Assembly: GCA_034439575.1 (NCBI GenBank)
Contig: JAWXAQ010000022.1
Location: forward strand, 64,001 to 128,000
Length of the DNA: 64,000 nucleotides
Reading direction: 5' to 3'
DNA from: Leptospira sp.
GTDB lineage: Bacteria; Spirochaetota; Leptospiria; Leptospirales; Leptospiraceae
Positions 20,750-31,247 of this stretch are shown here, piece by piece (positions within the stretch are counted from its first letter, which is position 1; the number at the start of each line of letters is the position of its first letter). The translations under genes and the position numbers were made by a program. The notes beneath the pieces were generated by a model. It did not search any database and was not told the DNA's origin. It worked only from the letters and a program-made list of their open reading frames with translations.

Positions 20750-21937
20750 ATGCGAAAAATACCAGTTTACGATTTAGTTCCCGGCTCAAAGTTTACAAAA
20801 TCTGTCTACCTCGATAAAGACACTGTTCTTGTGTCAGCTAGGCAACCTATCACCCAACAAGACTTGGATCGCTTAAAACAATTTGGGATTTCCTTTGTTT
20901 TAACAGAAGGAGAGCCAGTTTTAGGTATAGAAGAAGATAAATCTTCGGGTGGTGCAAACACTGGCTATTTTGATACGAATCTGCCTCTCTTGCAAGATGA
21001 TGAACATTCTGCTCGTTACAAATATATATTAGAAAAAGCAAATACGAATAAGGTGGAGTTTTCTGCCGTGTTTAAAGATGCTTTTGAACTAGTCCAAAAA
21101 ACATATCGATCTGCTTCCGAAGGCAAATATACGGAAATTCGAGAGTTCCGTGAAATAGCCGAACGGATCGCAGACCATGTGAAAGGAAATCCCCAGCTTC
21201 CTATATTGCTCTTGTCTCATTCTCATTCTGGGTATTATCTATATACACACATTTGTTATGCGACCTTCTATGCCGTATTACTCGGAAATTATTTAGAGTT
21301 TTCACGTCCAAAATTGATAGATCTTGCCCTTGCTTCCCTTTTTGCCGATATGGGAATGGTAACAGTTCCAGAAGAAGTTTCTGAGAAAAAAGGAACCTTG
21401 ACGGAATTAGATTTAAAAACAATCAAAAGGCATCCTGTAACTGGGTATCAAATTTTAACACAAAGGTTAAAATTAAAAAATTCATTGGCCATCGTTTCAT
21501 TGCAACACCATGAGGCTGTTGATGGATCAGGTTATCCGCAAAAAATATTAGCCAATCAAATCGAAGAACTCACTAAAGTGTTTATGATCGCAGATCAATT
21601 CGCCGCGATGATCATGCCAAGGCCCTATCGTCAAGCTATTTTACCTTATGATACTATGAAGATCATGATCAGTGAGAATGTAAACCGTTACGACCTAAAA
21701 ATGGTTAGGTTGTTTTTGAATAAACTTTCTATGTTTCCTATTGGTTCTGGAGTCTGCCTGAGTGATAACCGTATTGGTATTGTCATCGACTCAAATCGGG
21801 ACAAACCCCTAAGGCCTGTCATTCGGATTACAAAAGATGATCTCGGGAATCGGATGAAATTATTGGAATTTGTGGATTTGATGCGAGACCTAAACACTTA
21901 TATCCAAAAAGCTGTGCCTTTTTCTCAGATTTACTGA
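20750..21937 (+). CDS. HD-GYP domain protein, degenerate HD motif
   Basis: IKRHP, QHHEAVDGSGYP, IADQFAAM..PRPYR; HD replaced by AD (LFADMG); alternative TTG start at 20744. Confidence 0.88.
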   Translation: MRKIPVYDLVPGSKFTKSVYLDKDTVLVSARQPITQQDLDRLKQFGISFVLTEGEPVLGIEEDKSSGGANTGYFDTNLPLLQDDEHSARYKYILEKANTNKVEFSAVFKDAFELVQKTYRSASEGKYTEIREFREIAERIADHVKGNPQLPILLLSHSHSGYYLYTHICYATFYAVLLGNYLEFSRPKLIDLALASLFADMGMVTVPEEVSEKKGTLTELDLKTIKRHPVTGYQILTQRLKLKNSLAIVSLQHHEAVDGSGYPQKILANQIEELTKVFMIADQFAAMIMPRPYRQAILPYDTMKIMISENVNRYDLKMVRLFLNKLSMFPIGSGVCLSDNRIGIVIDSNRDKPLRPVIRITKDDLGNRMKLLEFVDLMRDLNTYIQKAVPFSQIY

Positions 21938-21944
21938 TTTTTTT

Positions 21945-22289
21945 TTGAGAAAAGTTGACCTAGGAAAACTAGGCGAGTCTTTAGCTCTCACATTTTTGTT
22001 GGATACGGGACATTCCATACTTTTTACAAATTATAGAAATTCCTTCGGAGAAATTGACATAATCAGTTTATGTAAGGAAGTCCTTTATTGTACGGAAGTT
22101 AAGTTTCGCACAACGAATGAGAATTTCCACCCACTTCAGGTATTTAATGAGACAAAACAAAATAGGATGAAGAAGTTATATTATTATTTCATAAAAGAGT
22201 ATCCTCTTTACTCTCACCTAACGGTGTCATTCTCTTTGGCCCATATAGATGAAAAAAGGGAAGTTCACTTTTATTCCCATCTCTTTTAA
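21945..22289 (+). CDS. yraN: YraN/UPF0102 family nuclease
   Basis: LGKLGESLA, NYR..FGEIDII, EVKFR. Confidence 0.9.
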   Translation: MRKVDLGKLGESLALTFLLDTGHSILFTNYRNSFGEIDIISLCKEVLYCTEVKFRTTNENFHPLQVFNETKQNRMKKLYYYFIKEYPLYSHLTVSFSLAHIDEKREVHFYSHLF

Positions 22290-22298
22290 AATAGTTCA

Positions 22299-22326
22299 TC
22301 AAGGGATTTTTCTTAGTAACCGATGT
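22299..22326 (+). promoter_or_regulatory. possible sigma-28 (FliA) promoter for the 66-aa gene
   Basis: TCAAG-N15-ACCGATGT, similar to TAAA/TCAAG...GCCGATAA; spacing one base longer than the E. coli consensus. Confidence 0.4.
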
Positions 22327-22392
22327 CTTCAATATCCCACAAGTTGGGAATACTCTCAAGGATGAGAGTGTAATGTTACAAGGAAGTAACTC

Positions 22393-22593
22393 ATGAGACA
22401 AATAAGTGTTATAGGAAATTTAGCAGAGACTGATGAATTTGGTCCTGATCCAGTACTTCTTCGAAAAAGAGGCATGTCCGGAACGATTCAAAAGAAGTTT
22501 ACCAATTACAAAAAAAAGGTAGATGATCCTGCTTATATGGATTATGCGATAAATAAAATTGCAATGGAAATTTCACATTTTATATCTAAGTAG
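22393..22593 (+). CDS. small conserved-looking protein with FlgM-C-terminus-like tail
   Basis: AGGA SD before ATG; C-terminus KKKVDDPAYMDYAINKIAMEIS. Confidence 0.7.
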   Translation: MRQISVIGNLAETDEFGPDPVLLRKRGMSGTIQKKFTNYKKKVDDPAYMDYAINKIAMEISHFISK

Positions 22594-22595
22594 TG

Positions 22596-24074
22596 TTAAT
22601 TGATTTCCTCAAAAAATAATGAGTTTGAAGAGTAATCAAGCGCTTCAAGAATATGCCTTTCTAAAACAATCTCGGACAATTCAAAATCCGCAATTGTTCT
22701 GGTTAGTTTTATGAAATTTTGTTTTCGTCTAAATGAGAATTTTCCCAAATCTAATTTGGAAAAATTGTTATTACTGAATTGATCTAAGATATCTGATTTT
22801 TTATATTTTTTTTCTTCAACAAACCTGTGCGCCTGAAATATTTTGGCGCGGTTCATACGTTCTTTAAATTCCTTTTGGTAAATGATGACTGATCTGGATT
22901 CTTCTTTATCAAATAAACGAAGATGGATAGAAATTCGATCCAAAAAAGCTCCACTAAATTTACGTAAGTAGTCTCTGATTTGTTTTTTGGAACAAGGGCA
23001 ATTTTTAAACCCTAAATAATTTCCGCAAGGGCAGGGGTTCGTAGCCCCAATGATGACACAATCTGCGGGTAGGGATTTATGATTATGTAATCTAGATACA
23101 TTGATTTTTTTTTCTTCCATAGGTTCACGTAAAACTTCCAAAGATCGTTCTTTGAATTCTGAAAGTTCATCCAAAAAAAGTATGCCACCATGGGCTCTTG
23201 TGACTTCACCTATTTCAATTGGATATCCGCCACCAACAAGCGCTTGTTCTGTTGTGGTATGGTGAGGAGCTCGAAAAGGTCTTGGACCAATTTCGCCTAG
23301 AGCATACTCATTGTTTGAATGATTGTATAAATGGCCATTTATTATTTCATTCTCTAACCAATTGGCTTGGATATCTTTTAGCATTTTTACCAATTTAGTT
23401 TTCCCATTTCCAGGGTTACCAAGAACTAGGGCATGATGATTGCCGAGACTCGCATAACAAAGACCTTGAAAGACTAACATTTGGTCTGGAGTGAGAGTCA
23501 TTTGATCCCATTCAGGAGGAAGTTCAATTTGAGTCCCTTGTTTGGAAATGGAATGTACAATTTTGTAATTTTCTTGCACTAAATCTTGCAGTGAACTGAG
23601 GAATCTATACTTTGCTTTGGGCAGGTTTTTATCCTTTAATTCTTCGGGTAAAAGAAATGTTTTTGAACTGCTATCTGGATATCTCCAGAGTAACTCCAGA
23701 AGTTCTTCGGAGCCTATGACAGTTCCAGAAAGACTAAGAGAACCCAGAGCAACTAAATCCTCTACAGATGGCAGAGAGACTTGTCCTGTGGCCTTTAAGA
23801 TACAGATGGCAATGGGCAAATCAAAAAAGGATGATTTCTTTTGGATATGGTTTGGGTGGAGGTTGATGATAATCGAATCGAAGGGAAATTGAAACCCAGA
23901 AGTCTCTATGGAAATTTTAATTCTGTCTTTTGACTCTTTCGTATTTTGAGAAGCCAGACCCAGGATTTGGAACATGGGAAGGCCTCGCCTGACGGCAACT
24001 TCCACTTGGACCAATTGGACATCACGTGCAAACATCGACATACTTAAGATTTCTGAAAGAAGAGGAACTGACAT
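22596..24074 (-). CDS. comM: YifB/ComM family Mg-chelatase-like AAA+ ATPase
   Basis: GLPMFQILGL, GNPGNGKT, RPFRAPHHT, AHGGILFLDEL, ATNPCPCG, SGAFLDRI; ATG 24074 preferred. Confidence 0.9.
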   Translation of the reverse strand: MSVPLLSEILSMSMFARDVQLVQVEVAVRRGLPMFQILGLASQNTKESKDRIKISIETSGFQFPFDSIIINLHPNHIQKKSSFFDLPIAICILKATGQVSLPSVEDLVALGSLSLSGTVIGSEELLELLWRYPDSSSKTFLLPEELKDKNLPKAKYRFLSSLQDLVQENYKIVHSISKQGTQIELPPEWDQMTLTPDQMLVFQGLCYASLGNHHALVLGNPGNGKTKLVKMLKDIQANWLENEIINGHLYNHSNNEYALGEIGPRPFRAPHHTTTEQALVGGGYPIEIGEVTRAHGGILFLDELSEFKERSLEVLREPMEEKKINVSRLHNHKSLPADCVIIGATNPCPCGNYLGFKNCPCSKKQIRDYLRKFSGAFLDRISIHLRLFDKEESRSVIIYQKEFKERMNRAKIFQAHRFVEEKKYKKSDILDQFSNNNFSKLDLGKFSFRRKQNFIKLTRTIADFELSEIVLERHILEALDYSSNSLFFEEIN

Positions 24075-24192
24075 TTTTAGATTTAAGAAGCAGGGTAAAA
24101 ATAATCCCGAATTGGTTTTGAAAAAATAATTTGCTTTTCTTTTTAACAATTTATGTTCTTTTTTTCCTAAGAATTCGCTTAAGGTAGGTTGG

Positions 24193-24573
24193 TTGTTTCG
24201 CTTCTTTCAAATTCTATTGCTTCTCACTATATGTCACTGCTCGCAAAGGCTAATCGAAAAAGAGAAATTGCGCGAAATGAACCAGTATTATGATGAGAGA
24301 GTGTACCAATTAAAAGAAGATGTAAAAATTTCTCAAGATGAGGTTTGGAAAAAAGGAACACTCGTGCGCCTTTATGTAGAATCAACTCCCTCACTTTTGA
24401 AAATTAAAATCTATCCAGCGAAAGATTCGAGGGAAAACTCAACGGGCAAATTGGCTTCCTATCTGATCAATGATAATGTGAAAAAAAAGAAGTATGGATT
24501 TAGTGATGTAGAGGAATGGGTGAATTCCAAGTTCCAAGTCGCAGATCCAAAAAGTATAAAAACAAAGAAATAA
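24193..24573 (+). CDS. lipoprotein upstream of T2SS operon
   Basis: Signal peptide ending in Cys (LLTICHC); Lys-rich small domain. Confidence 0.7.
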   Translation: MFRFFQILLLLTICHCSQRLIEKEKLREMNQYYDERVYQLKEDVKISQDEVWKKGTLVRLYVESTPSLLKIKIYPAKDSRENSTGKLASYLINDNVKKKKYGFSDVEEWVNSKFQVADPKSIKTKK

Positions 24574-24585
24574 ATTAGGTTTGGA

Positions 24586-25593
24586 ATGCTATTGCTGTTT
24601 CGTATTTTTCAATTAAGGTCTTTATTATATTTACATTCAAGAATTGGGTTTTCACAGTCCGATAAAATTAGAGTGGGAACTGTTAAGTATTTAACCTTCA
24701 TTACTTTTTTGTTTTTCTCTGCGAATCTTTCAGCAAATCCCTTTGCAAGATTCAACGATGAAATCGAAAAATCCATGAGTCCTACTTCAACGTCCGTATT
24801 TAAAATCTTTTCAGGTCCGAGTAAAGATTCAGATATCCAAAAACTCTTTGAACAGGGCGTCAATGCTCAAAGTGACGAGGATGATGCCGAAGTGGCTTCC
24901 CTTGATTTGCCAAAATACATCAATATTTCACCCGTGGTGAGTAATACTGTCGTACATGAGTCTGGCATAGTAATCAAAAAATACATTATCCAAAAAAAGG
25001 ACACTTTGTCTCGTATTGCCCGTAATTTTGCGACCAATTTGGCAAAAATCAAAAAACACAATGCCCTTAGTTCTAGTGCTTTAAAGCTTGGACAGGTTCT
25101 TGAGATTCCTGTCCAAACTAAAAACGCTTCTTCTTCCCGAGTCATCAAAAGGAAAGTTTTTATACTTCCTGTGCCCCAAAGCAAAGTGACTTCCCGATTT
25201 GGACGGAGAGTGGATCCATTCAATAAATACAATCGTGTATACCATACAGGTCTGGATTTGGCCGCAAAAGTGGGAACCCCCGTCGTCTCTGCTGCCGAAG
25301 GTGAAGTAATGTTCACTGGGCGAAACGGTGGGTATGGAAATTCTGTGATCATCCAACATAAAAATGGATATAAAACAGTTTACGCACATTGTTCACAGAT
25401 TTTAGTTGAGGTGGGAGAAACAGTAAAAATGGGAAGGGTGATTGCCGCAGTCGGAAGAACTGGTTCTGCGACGGGAGCTCATTTGCATTTTGAAGTTTTT
25501 CGAAATGGTAAAATAATGAATCCAGAAACTGCACTTAACTTGACTGAAAAATCGGTTACCAAACTCCCTAAGTCGGAAATTGCTGGGATTTAG
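24586..25593 (+). CDS. LysM + M23 family peptidase
   Basis: LysM (YIIQKKDTLSRIA), M23 motifs HTGLD and HLHFE; true start may be GTG 24673. Confidence 0.93.
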   Translation: MLLLFRIFQLRSLLYLHSRIGFSQSDKIRVGTVKYLTFITFLFFSANLSANPFARFNDEIEKSMSPTSTSVFKIFSGPSKDSDIQKLFEQGVNAQSDEDDAEVASLDLPKYINISPVVSNTVVHESGIVIKKYIIQKKDTLSRIARNFATNLAKIKKHNALSSSALKLGQVLEIPVQTKNASSSRVIKRKVFILPVPQSKVTSRFGRRVDPFNKYNRVYHTGLDLAAKVGTPVVSAAEGEVMFTGRNGGYGNSVIIQHKNGYKTVYAHCSQILVEVGETVKMGRVIAAVGRTGSATGAHLHFEVFRNGKIMNPETALNLTEKSVTKLPKSEIAGI

Positions 25594-25624
25594 TTAGGGG
25601 ATGTTCCTCTAGGGAACAAATCTG

Positions 25625-26539
25625 ATGAATTCTATCGTCAACCAAGTTCAGAATAATAAGTTCCTTACACTTATTCCCCCTGTCATACTATTCTCATTTT
25701 CACTTGCCTATCTTTCTCGTTTGATGCTCCTTTTGCTCTTTAGTACTGAAACGGGAAGTATGCAATCCTCGCTCCCCAGACCGAAACTGGCCAAACAAGA
25801 AATTGTCCTCGCGATTAATACTTACGAAGAAATGGTCACTGGCAATTTAGTTCGTGGTGTTTATTATGATCCAAACCAAGTGGATAAAAAATCTTTGGAT
25901 GGCTCTAGTTTAGATCCAGAAATTGCAGCAGATAATGGTGATGTCGACCAAATGCTCGTGACAGGAACTTTATCTGGTCACTGGTCTTTTGCTCGCGTGA
26001 CAGTAAGGGAAAAATCTGCGAATGATTCGGAAGAGTTTGCCATTGGGGAAATGGTCGGTGGTTATAAAGTCCAATCCATTGAACCACATTACGTCGTGCT
26101 AAAAAAAGGCGGTTTGGCATTACGAGTCAATATTGGGGAAACTCCGGCGCAAGCCAAAGAACGAATTCGCCCTAAAGGTGAAGAGGCCCCTCTACCAGCA
26201 TTGAACTCTTCGCAAACGGTTCAAAAAGTCCTTTCCAGAGAGGATGTGAATCGAAAACTGAAAGATCCGAATACAATCTATAAAAATGCTAGATTTGGTC
26301 CGCATTTGGTGGATGGAAAAATTGAAGGCTATAAATTATATCAAGTTTCAAAGGAACATGTTTTCTATGCATTGGGCGCAAGAAGTGGTGATATCATTCG
26401 TCGCGTAAATGGAATGCCTCTCAATGAAACAGAAAAAATGTTAGAAATTTGGTCTTCAGTGAAACAAGCACCTAAAATTACAGTAGATTTAGAGAGACAA
26501 GGCAAGATTATCACATATGAATTTATTATCCGGAACTAA
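25625..26539 (+). CDS. gspC: type II secretion protein C (TM, HR, PDZ)
   Basis: N-terminal TM, HR domain, PDZ ([13 protein letters not shown]); first gene before gspD. Confidence 0.88.
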   Translation: MNSIVNQVQNNKFLTLIPPVILFSFSLAYLSRLMLLLLFSTETGSMQSSLPRPKLAKQEIVLAINTYEEMVTGNLVRGVYYDPNQVDKKSLDGSSLDPEIAADNGDVDQMLVTGTLSGHWSFARVTVREKSANDSEEFAIGEMVGGYKVQSIEPHYVVLKKGGLALRVNIGETPAQAKERIRPKGEEAPLPALNSSQTVQKVLSREDVNRKLKDPNTIYKNARFGPHLVDGKIEGYKLYQVSKEHVFYALGARSGDIIRRVNGMPLNETEKMLEIWSSVKQAPKITVDLERQGKIITYEFIIRN

Positions 26540-26540
26540 A

Positions 26541-28322
26541 ATGAAACGAAACTTTGTTTTTCTCGTATTGTTTGCGTCCTTTTATTTACTTCTAACGCCT
26601 GCTTATTCAGAAGATAAGGTAAAACCAAAAACAAAGTCTAGTTCTGGAACGGAATCCTCTACATTTACAGCTGACTGGCGTGATACGGAATTAAAAGATT
26701 TTTTGATGGGCATGAGTGCTATCATCAAAAAAAATATTTTAATCGATGATGCTGTCAAAGGCAAAAAAGTAACTATCATTTCTCAAAAAAGAATCAAAGT
26801 CGAAGATGCCTTTGGTTTTATGAAATCAGTTTTGGAATCACAAGGTTTTGGACTCATTGAAGAGAACGATTTAATCAAAGTCGTAAAGATCAAAGATGCC
26901 CTCGCAAAATCTCCGTTAGTCAGAATTGGTAAAGAACCAGTTTCTGAAAGTGACATTAGTCTTAGTAAAACAATTACACAAATTGTTCCACTGGAATTTG
27001 CCAATGCGAACGAATTAGAACCTATATTAAAACGAGTCACTTCGCCTGATACAGATATCATTATACCAAAAAATCAAAATACTTTACTCATGTCTGGATC
27101 ATCAGCAGATATAAATAAATTATTAAAATTAATTGATAACTTGGATGTGAAATTAGAAGGTCCAGGTGCCATCTCTTCCGCAGGTGATATTCATATTTAT
27201 ACTTTAGAATATAATGAAGCTGAAAAATTAGCAGCTATATTAGTTAAACTAGATATGCCTGAAGTGCCAACAGCACCTGCGACTACAACGACACCAGGAG
27301 TTGAGGGTGCCCAACCTATTGAACAACCCAAAGCGATCACACCTCCTCCTCAACAAGGGCAAGGGATTCGTCCTGGTGGAAAACAAGAAAAAATCAAAGC
27401 TGTTGCACATAAAGAATCAAATTCCCTTATTGTAACGGCACTTCCTCAAGAATGGGAAGAGATTAAAAAAATAATCAAAATCTTGGATTCAGCCAGAAAA
27501 CAAGTGTTACTCGAGGTTTTGATTGTTGAATTAACTTCAACAGACTTAAATGACTTCGGTATCGACTGGCGTTACCAACAGGGTGCCTACAGTCAATTTA
27601 ACACTGGTCTTGCGGCTCAAGGTGGAGTTCTAGATAAAAATGGCAGACCAACAAACGTAAATACATTGTCCGGTTTCTCTCTTGGTTTTATCCAAAGAGG
27701 TGGGGAACAAATAATCGGTATTTTAAATGCGAATTCTACAAATGAAAATTTTAATGTACTTTCTGCGCCACAAATATTAACCTTGGATAACCAAGAAGCG
27801 GAGATCAATGTTGGTCAAGACGTTCCCGTGAGAACTCAAAATAGAAATGCGGGAACTGGCGGGGACAATGCTGTTACTGTTGCCAATTTTGAATACCGAC
27901 CAACAGGGATTAAATTAAAGTTCACTCCTCATATCAATAAAAACAATCGCATCACACTTGATTTGTACCAAGAGATTAAAAACGTAGCGGGGATTTCTTC
28001 GGAAGCCACGGGCGGAAACCCAACTTTCAATAAAAGAGACATTAAGACCACTATTGTAGTTGATAATATACAAACAATCGTTATAGGGGGATTGCTTTCT
28101 AATGATAAACAAAAGAAAGTGCAAAAGATCCCGATTTTAGGTGAAATTCCATTGATTGGAAATTTATTTCGTAGAACCACAAATCAACTGCGTAAAACAA
28201 ATTTAATGGTTTTTTTGACTCCTCATATTTTAGAAGATCGAGAAAAATCAGATCGTATGACGATTCAAAAAAAGAACGAACAAGAAAGAATGTCGGAAGA
28301 GAGAGAAAAGAGACTTAGATGA
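26541..28322 (+). CDS. gspD: type II secretion secretin D
   Basis: N0/N-repeat domains, [51 protein letters not shown]. Confidence 0.96.
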   Translation: MKRNFVFLVLFASFYLLLTPAYSEDKVKPKTKSSSGTESSTFTADWRDTELKDFLMGMSAIIKKNILIDDAVKGKKVTIISQKRIKVEDAFGFMKSVLESQGFGLIEENDLIKVVKIKDALAKSPLVRIGKEPVSESDISLSKTITQIVPLEFANANELEPILKRVTSPDTDIIIPKNQNTLLMSGSSADINKLLKLIDNLDVKLEGPGAISSAGDIHIYTLEYNEAEKLAAILVKLDMPEVPTAPATTTTPGVEGAQPIEQPKAITPPPQQGQGIRPGGKQEKIKAVAHKESNSLIVTALPQEWEEIKKIIKILDSARKQVLLEVLIVELTSTDLNDFGIDWRYQQGAYSQFNTGLAAQGGVLDKNGRPTNVNTLSGFSLGFIQRGGEQIIGILNANSTNENFNVLSAPQILTLDNQEAEINVGQDVPVRTQNRNAGTGGDNAVTVANFEYRPTGIKLKFTPHINKNNRITLDLYQEIKNVAGISSEATGGNPTFNKRDIKTTIVVDNIQTIVIGGLLSNDKQKKVQKIPILGEIPLIGNLFRRTTNQLRKTNLMVFLTPHILEDREKSDRMTIQKKNEQERMSEEREKRLR

Positions 28323-29995
28323 GAAAAAGCCTTGCGCAAATTCTTTTAGAAGATGGGATTCTTACTCCTAAAGATTTAGAGGATATTTCCAAACAACAGG
28401 AAAAGACAAATCTTCCTTTAACGCATATCATTCAAAAAAAGGGCCTAGCATCTGAGATAGACATACTAAAGGCCTTATCTAAATTACATCGTATGGACTT
28501 TATTGAAAAATTAGAGTTCCAGGCAAATGACGCCCTTTATTCAAAAATTCCACTCAAACTAATCCAACGTTCTAAAATCGTTCCCTTCCATGTGAACAAA
28601 AATGTGATACGAGTTGCGACAAGTGACCCAACAGATCTGCATCCTATGGATGATATACGTGCCTTCTTAAATGGATATGATATTGAGTTTGTTTTAACGC
28701 CAGAACAAGAAATCATGCGCATCGTACATTCGCAGTTTGATAAAACAACTGCCGAAGCCAAAGAGATGATGGATGAGATGGATGGGTCTTTTGATGATCT
28801 CAATGATGCATTTGAATCCGATGCTCTAGATTTATCGAACGAAGCACCTATCATTAAGATGGTGAATGTGATATTATCACAAGCTGTTTCTGAAAGAGCT
28901 TCCGACGTACATATTGAACCGTTTGAAAAAACTTTAATTGTTCGTTATCGAGTGGATGGAATTTTGCAAAAAGTTTTGTCTCCACCTAAATCATATTTGG
29001 CTGGAATTTCGACACGTATAAAAATCATGTCAAACCTCAATATAGCCGAAAACAGATTGCCGCAAGATGGACGTATCAAACTTAGGTTAGCTGGGAAAGA
29101 CGTCGACATTCGAGTATCCATAATTCCTTGCCAATTTGGTGAAAGAATCGTTATGCGACTCTTAAATAAAACGGATCAGAAATATTCAATTTATAGCATG
29201 GGTTTCAATGACGAGATTTTAAATGGATTTAAAGAATTAATTTATAAACCATATGGAATTATATTAGTCACAGGCCCTACGGGTTCTGGAAAATCCACGA
29301 CACTTTATTCTGCATTAACAGAAATCAATACGGAAGAGAGAAATATCATCACTTGCGAGGATCCGGTGGAATACCAAATCGATGGGATTTCACAGATGCA
29401 AATGAGTGATAAAATTGGTCTGACATTTGCGGCTGGCCTTCGCTCTATTCTTCGTCAAGACCCTGACGTTGTGATGGTAGGGGAGATTCGAGATGAAGAA
29501 ACGGCCAGGATTTCCATCCAAGCATCGCTAACAGGACACTTGGTGTTTTCAACACTTCACACAAACGATGCCGCATCTGCTGTCACTCGTTTGGCAGATA
29601 TGGGAATTGAGCCTTATTTGATTACCTCAACGGTTCTCGGTTTTATGGCTCAGCGCCTTGTGCGCGTTATCTGCAAATCATGCAAAGAATCATATAAACC
29701 AACCGACAAAGATTTGGCTGGACTTGGAATCCATAGAAAAGAATTAAAAAATGGTGTTTTGTATCGAGGTAAAGGTTGTACAGCCTGCTTAAATTCTGGT
29801 TATAAAGGCAGGACAGGCATTTACGAATTGTTAATCATGGACGATGATGTAAAAAAAGTCGTTTTGCAAGGTGCAGATGCCAATAAAATTCGTGAAATTG
29901 CCTTAAAAAACGGACTTAGACCACTTCGTGATTATGGAAAACTTAAGGTCATTGATGGTGTTACTACCCCTGATGAAGTGATTCGGGTCGCATAA
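28319..29995 (+). CDS. gspE: type II secretion ATPase E
   Basis: [42 protein letters not shown], tetra-Cys motif. Confidence 0.96.
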   Translation: MRKSLAQILLEDGILTPKDLEDISKQQEKTNLPLTHIIQKKGLASEIDILKALSKLHRMDFIEKLEFQANDALYSKIPLKLIQRSKIVPFHVNKNVIRVATSDPTDLHPMDDIRAFLNGYDIEFVLTPEQEIMRIVHSQFDKTTAEAKEMMDEMDGSFDDLNDAFESDALDLSNEAPIIKMVNVILSQAVSERASDVHIEPFEKTLIVRYRVDGILQKVLSPPKSYLAGISTRIKIMSNLNIAENRLPQDGRIKLRLAGKDVDIRVSIIPCQFGERIVMRLLNKTDQKYSIYSMGFNDEILNGFKELIYKPYGIILVTGPTGSGKSTTLYSALTEINTEERNIITCEDPVEYQIDGISQMQMSDKIGLTFAAGLRSILRQDPDVVMVGEIRDEETARISIQASLTGHLVFSTLHTNDAASAVTRLADMGIEPYLITSTVLGFMAQRLVRVICKSCKESYKPTDKDLAGLGIHRKELKNGVLYRGKGCTACLNSGYKGRTGIYELLIMDDDVKKVVLQGADANKIREIALKNGLRPLRDYGKLKVIDGVTTPDEVIRVA

Positions 29996-29997
29996 CA

Positions 29998-31224
29998 ATG
30001 CCACTCTTTACTTACGTTGCATTTAACAAAAAAGGTAAGGAAGAAAAAGGCATAGTAGATGCCAATAATGTCCAAGCTGCACGTAATAAATTAAAGACCA
30101 AAGGACTTTACGTTCGTTCTATCCAAGAAGATAGAGAAAAAGAAGAAAGAGATCTTTTTCCTTTTTTATCAAAATTTCTTTATCGCATTCCCAGGAAAGA
30201 TGTCGGTTTGTTTTCAAAAATGTTAGGAACATTACTTGGGGCGGGCATACCACTTGACCGTTGTTTGTTGTCCATCATTGACCAAGTAGATAATATTTAT
30301 TTGAAAAAAGTCATCATTGAAATGAGAGCCGATATCACCGAAGGGCTTTCATTATCCGAATCAATGAAAAAACATCCTACTGTATTTCCTGACCAATACC
30401 CCTCACTTATCGCCGTGGGTGAGTCAACAGGGAATTATGAGGACACATTACATCGTTTAGCTGACCTAGAAGAAAAATCAGCTGAATTAAAATCCAAAGT
30501 GCAAGTAGCTATGATTTATCCTGTGATTATGGGAACTCTTTCCCTAGCAGTTTCTGTATTTTTACTCATTGTTGTGATTCCACAGATTGAACAGCTGTTT
30601 GCTTCTTTTAATGCCACACTACCCTTAATTACTAGAATTGTAATTGGACTCTCATACTTTTTGACAAACTATTGGTGGCTAATTATACTTTTTGTTTTGG
30701 GTGGATCTTTTGCTTTTGCAAAATGGAAAAGTACAGAAAACGGTCGCAAAACTTGGGATAGAATTTTAATTAAACTTCCTGTGATTGGCTCTTTATTAAA
30801 GAAAGTTCTCGTTTCAAATTTTGCACGAAATCTTTCCATACTTCTAATGAATCGTGTTCCTTTAATCACTTCCTTAAATATAGTTTCAGATGTCGTGGAC
30901 CATACTGTATTTAGAGAAGAAATTTCGGCTGCGATTATCAAAATTAAAGAAGGGGGAAAACTTTCAGATTCACTGCAAGGTTCACAAATCCTTTCCCAAA
31001 TGGTACTCGGGATGCTAAATGCAGGTGAGGCATCTGACAAAGTCCCTGAAATGATGACAAAACTCTCAGAAATTTATGAAAGTGAAGTCGATACAGCAAT
31101 AAAATCTTTGACCCAATCCCTTGAACCGATTATGATTTTGGTTATGGGTGGTATCATTTTTACAATCATGGCGGCCATTATGACTCCCATGTACAAACTT
31201 ACTCAAGAAATTCAAAATATGTAA
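29998..31224 (+). CDS. gspF: type II secretion inner-membrane platform protein F
   Basis: LLGAGIPL, VGESTG, AMIYP, LEPIMI. Confidence 0.95.
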   Translation: MPLFTYVAFNKKGKEEKGIVDANNVQAARNKLKTKGLYVRSIQEDREKEERDLFPFLSKFLYRIPRKDVGLFSKMLGTLLGAGIPLDRCLLSIIDQVDNIYLKKVIIEMRADITEGLSLSESMKKHPTVFPDQYPSLIAVGESTGNYEDTLHRLADLEEKSAELKSKVQVAMIYPVIMGTLSLAVSVFLLIVVIPQIEQLFASFNATLPLITRIVIGLSYFLTNYWWLIILFVLGGSFAFAKWKSTENGRKTWDRILIKLPVIGSLLKKVLVSNFARNLSILLMNRVPLITSLNIVSDVVDHTVFREEISAAIIKIKEGGKLSDSLQGSQILSQMVLGMLNAGEASDKVPEMMTKLSEIYESEVDTAIKSLTQSLEPIMILVMGGIIFTIMAAIMTPMYKLTQEIQNM

Positions 31225-31247
31225 CCGTCGAAAGAGGCAAAAAAGAT

